Source: Cyanophora paradoxa CCMP329
Lineage: Eukaryota > Plantae > Glaucophyta
Reading direction: 5' to 3'
Length of the DNA: 64,000 nucleotides
NCBI GenBank assembly: GCA_004431415.1
Contig: QPMI01000180.1
Span: 62,001 to 126,000 of the forward strand
Numbering within the stretch: the stretch's first letter is position 1; every line of letters starts with the position of its first letter. Positions 11,938 through 21,570 of this stretch are shown here, piece by piece. The notes beneath the pieces were generated by a model. The model was not told where the DNA came from and ran no database searches. It was given only the letters and a program-made list of their open reading frames with translations. Made by a program: the position numbers and the translations under genes.

Positions 11938-14900
11938 TCAGGGGGCGGCGCGGGCGGCGCGGAGGTCTGCGAGGACGGCGCGGCAGGCGCGCTTCCAGCG
12001 AGCCGTCACCTGCCACCGCACGAAGTTGGTCATCACCTGCGTGTAGTAGACGGCCAGCTCGGGGAGGCCCTCCGCGATCGTCCGGTACAGCGGGATGACG
12101 ACGACGCGGAAGAAGAAGATCTGGCCCTCGGCCCACGCCAGCTGCTGCTCGAACGCCGACCCCTTCGTGTCCATCCCCGGCGACACGTTGAAGCCCAGCG
12201 AGAGCTCCCGCCTGCGCCGCAAGCCTCAGGTTTGCGGTGCGCAGAGACGCGGGCGCGAGGAGGGGAGGGCGGACCGGCCCTGGCGGAGGAACTCCTGGCG
12301 GAGGCGGCGGGACCAGTAGATGGCGTTGTCGAAGCCGCGGGCGGCGTTGGAGAGGTCCGCGCACTTGATCATCATCTCGCCGAGCAGGCGCGCCTCCTGG
12401 AACGAGAAGCCGCCGCCCAGCTTCGAGATGGCGGCCTCGGGGGGCGAGCCGGCCGGGAACGAGCGCGCGTACTCGCGGATGTACGACGCGTTGCGCGTCA
12501 CGTCCGTGGCGAGCACGAGGGCGCGCAGCATCGCCCGGAAGCGGGCGCGCTGGCGGGGGCGCAGGCGGTCGAGGATGGCGGCGGGGCGGAGGGCGCGGAG
12601 GGCGGGCTCGAGGGGGGCGCCCGGACCGGAGGCGGCGTTGGCAAGGGCGAGGACGGGGCGGAGGGCGGGGTCGGGGGCGGAGGGGGTCGTGGGGGACCGC
12701 TCGTCCGAGGATGCCCCGCTGTACTGCTCGGGGACGTGCGCCAGCGAGGCACGCCGGGAGCGGCCGCCGGCGGAGAGGGAGCGGGGCGTGCCGGGCCCCG
12801 TGGCGGGGCCCGGGGCGAGCCCCCAGGGGGAGCTGCGGGCCGAGGCGGGGGAGGCGGAGCGCGAGGCCTCGATCCGGATCTCGATGGAGGGCGGCGGGGC
12901 CAGCGAGCTGCCCGACGAGGCCCGCCCGCCCCGCCCGCCCCGCTCCCCTCGCTCCCGCCGCCGTCCCCGCGCCGCTCCGGCTGCTCTCCGCACCGCTCCC
13001 GCTCCCGCTGGGCGCCGCGCTCCCCACGCTGCTGAGCGGGGCGGCGTGGCGCGGGGCCTCGGCGGCGGGGGCGGTGGCCTGCTGGTAGCCGGCCTCGAGG
13101 GCGTACGCGTGGCCGGCCAGGTCCTCCACCTCGACGGAGTAGGCCCGGCGGCGGCCCCGCAGGCGGCCCCGCTCCTCGCGGGACCCGGCGCCCTCGCCGG
13201 CGGCGGGGGCGCCGTGGTGGTGGCCCTGGCCCTGGGGCAGGGGCACCGAGGCCTTGTCCTCCGCCTTCACTTCGGAGCCGTACACGAGGTCCTCCTCCTC
13301 CGCCGCCTCCGCCCCGTCCAGCTCCAGCAGCTGCAGCGCGCAGTGCAGCTGCGTCCCGCAGCTTTCAGGCCCCGCAGGGGGGCGAGAGCGCGCGGCGCGG
13401 CGCGGCGCGGCGGGGCGAGTCGGGGGCGGGGGCGGCGCGCACGTGCATCTTCTCGAGGGTGGAGACGGCGCCGTAGGCGAGGAAGACGGGGGACTGGGAC
13501 TCGCGTTGGAAGATGTTCGTGGTCCCCGGGTGGCTCAGGTCGTGGCACAGCGCCGCCACGATGCACGCCAGCTGGTCCTCCTGCGCCCGCCCGTCGGACC
13601 GAGCGAGGCCGGTGGCCTGGGCGCGGTGGGCGGGGCGGGAGCGCACCGGCGCGAGGTACCGCCGGCGGTTGCAGAGCAGGCGGATCATGACGTACATGCT
13701 GCGGGCGGGTCAGGGTGCGCCGCGCGGTTCGGGGAGGGAGGGCGACGCGCCAGTGGCAGACGTCGAGGGCGTGCTGGAAGCTGTGGAAGGGGGCGGGGGC
13801 GTACATCTGCCGCACCGCCTGCGGCGCGGGGCGTCACCGGCGTAGAAATCACGGCCGGGAGCGGGCCGAACGGGGCCGCACGGAGAGGAAGGGGCGGAGG
13901 ACGGCGCGGGTGATGCCAAAGTGGGCGTCGAGGCGGAGGCCGTGCAGCATCGCGTGGACGAACTCGTCGTGCCGCTCCGCGGGGATGCGCCACGTGCACA
14001 AACACGGGTCGTCGATCTGCGGCGGGGGCGGCGTCGGCGGGCGGCGTCGGCGGGGGCGGGGGCGCGCCGGCGGCGGGGCGGACGATGTGGGCGAGGTCGA
14101 CGTGGTCGGGGATCATGGCGGGGCCGGCGGCCGCGAGCGCGTTCATCGCGGCCGCCGCCGAGCTCGCCCGCCGCGAGCGCGCCTGGGCCTCGCTGCCCGC
14201 CGCCGCGGCCGCCGCTCGCGGGGCGGGCCGGGCGAGGGCACGCGCGAGGCCTCCGGCGGGCTCGCGAGGCTCGAGCCCGGGGCCGGGGCGAGGGTCGCCG
14301 CCCGCGGCGACTCCGGATCGTCGTCCTGCCGGGCCGCCTCCTGCCCGGCATAGGCGCGCGCGTCAGGCCGGCGGGGCAGGGCGGGGCGGGGCGGGGGCCT
14401 GTGACCTGCTGGTGGGCCTGCCCGGCGGAGGCGTCGCGGTGGCGGGGGCGGGCGGCGACGAGCCAGAAGGTCTCCATGGGGCCCTTGCCCTGCACCTCGA
14501 CCTCGCCGCGCCCCTCGAAGACGAACCCGCGCCCCGCCAGCCGCTCCTGCACGGCCGCGGAGCAGTGCACGCGGTTGGGCTCCCCGCCGCCTCCAGCCGG
14601 CTCGCCGTGTTCACCGCGTCGCCCACACCTGCCGGCGGGGCTCAGGCGCGCCGGGGCCGGGGCGGAGCGCCCGCCGGGCGGGGCGGGGCGGGGCGGGCGG
14701 GGGGGGGGGGGGGGCGGGGGAGGGGGGGGGGGGCGGACGTCGTAGAGGATGCGCTTGCGGCCGACGACGCCCGCTACGCACGACCCGCAGTGCTGCGCCG
14801 CGCGGGGCGCTCAGCTTGGCGGGGCGGGGCGGGGCGGGGCGGGTGGCGGACGAGGCCGATGCGGACGGCGATGGGCTCGCCGTCGGGGGTGCGGATGCGG

Positions 14901-16518
14901 CGGAAGATGCCGAGGAGGTCGACGGCGAAGCAGGCGAGGTCCTCCAGGTGCCGCGCCGTGCGGTGCGGCAGCCCGCCCGCCACGAGCAGCGCCCCGCCCA
15001 TCGTCTTGATCTTCTCGAGGCGCCCCGGGTAGCGCGCCTCGAGGCAGCGGTCGATGGAGGAGAAGAGCTGGTCGAGGAGGGAGACGAGGAGGGCCGGCTC
15101 GAGGGCGGCCGCGAGGCGCCCGAAGGCGACGATGTCGGCGAAGAGGAACGAGGCGTCCTCGTGTTTCTGGGCGACCGCGCGCCCCGCGTGCTCCCGCAGC
15201 ATCCGCACGATCGGCGCCGGCAGCACGTTGCTCAGCAGCGCCTCGCAGCGCCGCCGCTCCTCGGCGACGGCGCGCTCGGCCTCCTTGCGGGCCGAGGTGT
15301 CCCGGATGGTGGCGATGAAGGAGCAGGCGCCGTTGAGGACGGCGTGGGAGACGGAGATCTCCGCGGCGAAGAGGGCGCCCCCGCGGCGCTGCGCCGTGAT
15401 CTCCGCGAGGTGCCGCGGCTGGCGGCGGCCAACCGGCACCCGCAGGAAGCGTTCCACGTACCTGCGCGGCGAGGGCGCCTCGGCCGGGGCGCCGCGCGGG
15501 GCGGGGCGGGGCGGGGGGACCCGGCGTGTGCGTCGGCGAAGGGGGCGGGCATGAGGAGGGAGAGGGGCTGGCCGACGATGTCGCGGGCGGGCCACCCGAA
15601 GAGGGCCTCGGCGCCGGCGTTGAAGAAGGTCACGCGCGAGTGCCGGTCCGCCGCCACCACCGCCTCGCTCGCCCGCTGCAGCAGCTCCGCCGTGCTCGCC
15701 CCGGCCCGCCCCGCCCCGCCCCCGCCGGCCCCGCCTCCCGCACGTGCAGCACGGCCAGCGCCCCGGGCCCCGCCCGTACCGCGTCACCGTCACCTGCACC
15801 GCCCGCCCGTCCTTCGCCCGCGCGGGGCCCGACGCCAGGGCGCCCTCCGCGGCGCCCTCCGGCGGGAGCGGCAGGTAGAGGGCCGCCGGCCGCCCCGCCA
15901 CCTCGTCCGCTGCGCGCGGCGTCGCCGGCGGCCCGGCTGCGGGGTGGGGCGGGGCGGGCGGGGCGCACCGGGCCAGCCGAGGAGGCGCTCGGCGGCCTCG
16001 CTCCAGTGGACGAGGGCGCCGTCGCCGTCGCAGGTGACGAGGGCCTCCTCGGCGGCGCGCAGCAGCGCCGCCAGCTCCCGCTCGTGCTGCTCCGCGCTCG
16101 CCGAGAGCACCTCCTGCTCCTTCCTGCGCGCCCGACACCGCTCGCTCGCCCGCCGGTCGGGCCGGGGGCGGGCGCGGGCGCACCGGGCGTCGTCGCGCCG
16201 CCGCTGTAAGCGGGCGCGGGAGAGGACGACGGCGTCCGCCGCGAGGGCGGCGGCGAGCAGCACGAGCGCCGGGCGCGCCCGGCCGCCCATCAGACCGCGC
16301 AGGCTCCAGGCGCAGGCCCCGAAGAGGGCGGCACGCGAGGCGAGGGGCTGGAGGAGCTCCGCCAGGGCCCGTAGGCCCCCGCCCGAGGAGGAGCCGGCTG
16401 CGGGCGCCAGCTGCGGGAGGCAGCTGCTTCGCCGCCCATTCGAAAGACCCCCGCGATCTCTCGCCGCTGGCTGCCGCGTCTCATGTGGCGATTTCGGTGG
16501 ATCGGCCTCGGGCTGCAT
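11938..16518 (-). CDS. PAS-PAS / class III nucleotidyl (adenylyl-type) cyclase / class I cyclic-nucleotide phosphodiesterase fusion protein, multi-exon
   Basis: PAS: EALVTCDGDGALVHWSEAAERLLGW and EAVVAADRHSRVTFFNAGAEALFGW...FIATIRDTSARK. Cyclase: LLSNVLP, FLFADIVAF, KIKTMGG, VRIGL-HCG-VAGVVG-YD-VWGDAVNTASRLE, GKGPMETFWL. PDE: FHSFQHALDV, AALCHDLSHPG, LATDV, IKCADLSN, QEFLRQG, GQIFF. Same strand, separated only by intron-like spacers. Confidence 0.82.
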
Positions 16519-17706
16519 CGGGGCGCGCGTGGGCCAGCACCGGCCGGTCTAACGGCGATCGTCCCGCCGGGCGATGGGTCGGCCCAGCCACAAACTAGAA
16601 GGCGCAAGCGAACCCAAAAGCCCCAAACCAAACCGCCGCAGATCCACTAGGCTAAGGCCGCTGCTGCCGAGCCTCCATCGCGCGCTAGATCTAGCTATGA
16701 TAGCCGCAACCGTACCGCGTAGAACGCTGCTGACAAACCCGTACCGCGTACGCGCGCAGAGTGCGCGGCCGGCGGTGCGGCGTCTCGAGCTCCGCCTCGG
16801 GGAATCGCCGGCGGCGGGGATCCGTGCTCAAGCCTCAAGGCTCGAGCTCGAGCTCAAGCTGCTCACCGCCGAGTCACCGGCCACCAGCGCTAGCCGTGCA
16901 GGCCCCGGCCGGGCCGGCCCCCGGGCCCGTGCCGCTGGAGTAGCGCGCAGTAACTTGAAACTTGCAATTGCAACTTATAAGCTTTAATTTTTAAGCTTGC
17001 AAGCTCGACGCCGGCGACGGGCCGCGGCGCCGTCCGACGGTCCGACGGTCGTCGACGACCGTCGGACTCGACGTTAACGTTAACGCGACGACTCAGTACT
17101 AGTGACTTAACGTTAACGTTGACGTTTAATTTGGGGTACCGCAGGTCTGCGCGCCGTATACGTATTACGTACCCGCCGACTACCCGTAGTACCGCCGGTA
17201 CGCGTGATCTGGTAGTAGGCTATAGCTACTACTAGCCTACCAGTAGCCTGGTATCGTACGTCCCGGTCTCCGCGCGCATGCGCATACTGTAGAACTAGTT
17301 TATTTAGTACAGGAAAATAATTAGTACTTTGCGATTTTGGTCATTTTAGTGGGCGGGAAATATTTGGTAGGTCCGGCCAAGCGAGGCTCAGAAATATTTG
17401 GTAGTACTGCGCAGAGGCTCAGCGAGGCTCAGGGGCTAAGCTTAAGACTTCCTAGCCTCCTCCTCCGAGCGCACTTCCTCCGAGAGGATGCCCTTGAACC
17501 GGAAGTTCGGGCCGCCGTCCGCGTCCATCGGCTGGCAGACGCCTGTCGACGTCGTGCTGCTCGGCTGGCCGGCCTTTCATCACTGGAGCTCGGCGGCGAC
17601 GCCTGGCGCTTAGCTACGCGCTTGCATGGGCGGCATTGCTTTCCCGCGCTCAAGGGCTTTTCAGCCGGTACCCCCCCTACCCCCCCTCTTTAGTGAGCGA
17701 TAAAAC

Positions 17707-19370
17707 TTTAGTCAGGCGAAGCCTCTTTCTCAAAACCAAAAACGAACGGGTCCAAATTCCTTTTTTAACCTTTTTTTCCACTCGAGATCCCCCCTGCTAA
17801 ATAATTTCCGCGTCGCACTCTTTTTTTTAATTAAGATCTACGGTGGGCGTGCCCACTCGTCGCACTCCCTCGAGGCAGAATTATTAATTCTGCCTCGACA
17901 CGGACGCGATTGCTGCTAATAACACTGCTACCCTAACCCCCACAGACCTCTCTAAATCCATTTTTAGCGTCCTGGCTCCCCTAAGACGACCGCTCGCCCT
18001 TGGGCGTCGCGCGAAAATCGAATTTCCCTCTGGATCAATTCCGGTACTTAACCTCCGACAAATGCAGTCCAGGTCAGAAGGTGGCACCCGGTCGCGCCCG
18101 GTCCCGCGACGAAAACGCGCCAGGGACGCCCCAGAACGATACAGAATGACGCACGAGCGCGAGCGCATTGCCACAAGCTCGATTTCGGGCGCCGTCGACG
18201 CTCCAGTGCGAACAGTCGGCCGAAAATTTGATCCAGCCGGTCCCGGCCGGTCCCGCGACGCGCGCAATCGATGTGTACTGGCGCGCATAGACATAGCAGG
18301 GCCTGCGCACCCCCGAAATCCGCTTTTCGGAGGCCGAACAGTGCAGCAAGGTACCGGACATCAAAAATTCGATCCTGCACAGGCCCGGACATCTTTCCGC
18401 GCGCCCACGCCGCGGCGCACGCGCGGAAGAATAGCATAAGCATTTGAGATGTAGAAGAAGCTTTCCGCACGTTTTACAGATGCGCCGGGCCGCGGGGACC
18501 CACCCGACCCCGAAAATTCGATCCTTCACGGACCTGCACAGCTTTCCGCGCGCCCTAGCATCCTCACGCGAGAGCGCATCGCTACCATATTCATTTGGGA
18601 TTTTATCAAAGCCTTCCACAAGCTTGGAAGACGCGAAAGAGCACGAGAACCCAGCCGGCGGCAAAACTTTGATCCTGGACAGGCCCGGACAGCTTTCCGC
18701 GCGCCCACGCCGCGGCGCATGCACGGAACAATAGTATAAGCATTTGAGATGTCCGCAAAGCCTTCCGCATGCATTGCGTATGCGCCGGGCCGCGAGGACC
18801 CAGCCGACCCCGAAAATTCGATCCTTGACGGACCTGAACATCTTTCCGCGCGCCCTCGCATCCTCACGCATGCGCATCGCTACAATATTCATCTAAGATC
18901 TTTTAAAAGCCTTTCGCAAGCTCTGCAGACGCGACAGGGCGCGGCAATCCAGCCGACGCAAAACTTTGAAAATTCTATCCTGGCCACGCCTGCACATCTT
19001 TCCGCGCGCCCTCCCCTCCGCAGCCCCGCACATCGATGCTATATGCATTCGAGATTCTGTTTAAGCGATTCGCAAGCTCTGTACATGCGCCTGGCCGCGA
19101 GCCTTGGAGAACCTCGCCCCTCCCGGGCCTCCTTCCCAACAATATTATATAATTAATCTCCTCTCAGTATGCTCCACCCTTTATTTCCTCAGCACATTAA
19201 TATTCCTCTAGCCGGCCAGGGCTAGCTGGACTGGCCGTCAGCTAGCCAGCTTCCAGCCAGAAAGCTGTTCGCTGGCCAGTCGCTGAGTGCCCTATAGGCC
19301 TACTGTGACAGCCGCGAGGGCGTCCGCGAGGCTTCGCCGTACTTAGTGCTCCGCAGGAGCACGGATCTTG
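17707..19370 (+). mobile_element. Putative non-autonomous Helitron/Helentron-like element
   Basis: 11-bp inverted pair GGCGAAGCCTC (17715-17725) / GAGGCTTCGCC (19328-19338). Then hairpin GTGCTCC-GCA-GGAGCAC (19346-19362) and CTTG|T (19367-19371). Lower GC, non-coding, with internal tandem repeats. Confidence 0.45.
18215..19100. repeat. Degenerate ~150-bp tandem repeat with ~300-bp higher-order (A-B) periodicity
   Basis: AAAATTCGATCC-like anchor at ~18222, 18363, 18512, 18663, 18812 and 18969, followed in the last five units by CTTTCCGCGCGCCC. Alternate monomers are much more alike (e.g. ATAAGCATTTGAGATGT at ~18436 and ~18736). Confidence 0.85.
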
Positions 19371-19891
19371 TAGAACGCCCAAAACTTTTTAGTACTATAA
19401 ATATGCAGCCCACTAAATATTTCTAGTTCTACAGTAGCACGGTGACAGCTGCAGGCACTGACAGCGCACCGACTCTCCGGTACCGGATCATCATGATCAG
19501 GTCCGGACTCCGGATGACGGCTAGCAGGCTAGTAGCAGGCTAGTAGCACTGTAGCAGGCTAGCTAGCGCTAGCGCTTTAATTCAATGATTAATTTGCAGC
19601 GGCGCTTTAATTTGCCAAGTTGCAGTTGCAAATTACTTGCAATTTGGGGCGGCCGGCGCCCGGCTTAATTAGGGGCCGCCGGGCCGGCTTTAAGGCGGCT
19701 TAGGCCCGGCCCGGCTATTCGGCGGCTAACTTAGTAAGCTTAAGGGCGGCTTCAAAGAAGGCTTCAACCGGCTCAGCGGCTTGATCGAGCCGAGCGCTAG
19801 CCGTCTGCAGCTGGGGCCCTGGCCCCTGGGGGTTCGATTCGTGTCGCAAATCTCGCGATCGCCGCCGATTCGCCGGGGTTCGCGATCGCGA

Positions 19892-21260
19892 GTGGTTCAA
19901 ATATTAATCTGACTGCAATGAATTTCGGAATGCCCGCTTTTGCTAGCTGGATGAATGTGTGTGTACATGTATCGGGCGGCCGGCAATTTGCTGCGGCAAA
20001 TTAAAGGGACCTGCAGCCAGTGATGGTATTCCGAATTAACCCAAAAATGGACCATTTCGGAAACGTTTCCGAAATATTTCGGAAATATTTCCGAAATATT
20101 TCTGAAATCAGGGCCCCTCCCGAGGGCCCTTCTGCTGATGCCTGACGCTCCCTTTAACCTTCTTATGCTTTACTTATTGGTAACTGTCCAGTTTCGTGTC
20201 TTCCTGATCATCAGAACATGCGACAGTACGAAAGGGAAATTCACACCTCGTACCCCCTGCCAGCCTTGTTGGCGGCTGAGTTCCGGCTCTAGACGTCTAC
20301 GATAGACTCCTATCGTGTTGTTTAACCTTTCTATCACGTTTCCTATCATTCTAATGCGTTGTTTCGCCGTGTTTCGCGCAGAATGTGGCAAAACGAGAGT
20401 ACCCCCCTTAAATAGAAATAATTCCTAATTAGGGGGGTCTCTCGGGACCTTTTTGGAAACAATTTCGAAATTGATTTCGAAATTGTTTATAGAAATGTTT
20501 CTAGAAAAAATGCCATCACTGCCTGCAGCTGGCGGGCCAGTGGCGGCCCGGCCCGCCCGGGGCCCGGGGCCCGGGCCGCCCGGCGCACGGCCGCCCGGAC
20601 CATGGGCGGGAACGCCGGCGCCGGGAATTCGAATTCGAAGTTCGCCGGGGGCCCGGGATCCGGGAACCGGGGCAGGGCGCCGGAAAGGCGCCGCGCGCCG
20701 GGCGCCGGGCCGGGCGGCCCAGAAGCCTTGAAGATGCGAGGGCGCGGGAGAGCGGGTGCCCGCGGCCGGGCGGGGCCTGCGCGCGCGGGGAGCGCCCGGC
20801 CCCGGCAGGAGCAGGCCCTCCCCGCAGGGCCCCGAGCCCCGGCCGCGGCCCAGAGGCCCGCAGCCGCCGGCCGCGGCGCGCGCGCCCGGCGGGGCGGCCG
20901 CCGCCCATGCCATGATATCGATGGGACGAAATAGAAGCGGGGCGGGGGCCGGGGGCGGGGAGCGGGGGTAGGGGTAGCTGTACATGCAGGGCGCGAGCTC
21001 GCGATCGACGGCGTCCTCGGGCCCCGTGGAGGCCCGGCCCGCGCCCCACGCCCCGCCGGCGCTCTCGGGCCGGAGCTCGAGGAGCGCCGGCGGCTCCGCC
21101 CCCGCCCCCGCCCCCGCCACCGCCGCAGCGGCGGCGGCTGCTGCGGCGTAGGCAGCCTGGAGGGGGTCCTCGGCGGCGTCCTGGGCCTCGGAGGCGAAGC
21201 CGGGGCCGGCGGCGGCGGTGCCACGGTGGCGGTGGCGGCGTTGGATGCCTTCAGCTTCTA
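19892..21260 (-). pseudogene. Orphan diverged copy of the last exon and 3' flank of the voltage-gated channel gene (about 35420-36160), interrupted by a MITE
   Basis: Shared AGAGAGAEPPALLELRPESAGGAWG coding sequence (21040-21120 vs 35950-36025) and shared flank GAATTTCGGAATGCC...AGCTGGATGAAT (19920-19965 vs 35431-35468). Confidence 0.8.
20018..20521. mobile_element. hAT-type MITE, 504 bp
   Basis: TIRs CAGTGATGGTATT / AATGCCATCACTG (12/13 match). Perfect 8-bp TSD CCTGCAGC at 20010-20017 and 20522-20529. Subterminal TTTC(G/C)GAAA-like repeats at both ends; AT-rich. Confidence 0.9.
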
Positions 21261-21570
21261 GGAAGCGTCGACATCGAAGCTCGAAGCGTCCTCTCTCCGC
21301 CTCCCGCCTCCTCCCGCCCCTGCCCGGCCCGGCGGGCCTGTAGCGGTTGGCTAAGTGCGAACGTTTCGAACGTCCAATTCAACCTGTTTAAACGATTTAA
21401 TACATACAAGCACTGAGCACATGACTATAGCAGCATAGCTAGTTTTACAGAAGCGCAACTGCAACTAAACAGAAACTGAAAGCGCAAATCTTAAGTGGAA
21501 ATAAACCAAACTGTCGAACTGATCATGAGACACAAGAAATTCGAAATGCGGCGCAGGCCTAGAGTCGACG

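Noticed and set aside
14575-14630. Two frameshifts in the cyclase exon (VWGD and AGEPN) suggesting a pseudogene
   Set aside because: Both are single-G losses in G runs, and similar slips occur throughout the GC-rich genes. Homopolymer sequencing error is more likely; read-level checking is needed.
18215-19100. Regularly spaced repeats resembling a CRISPR array
   Set aside because: Whole ~150-bp units are homologous, there are no unique spacers or cas genes, and the context is eukaryotic.
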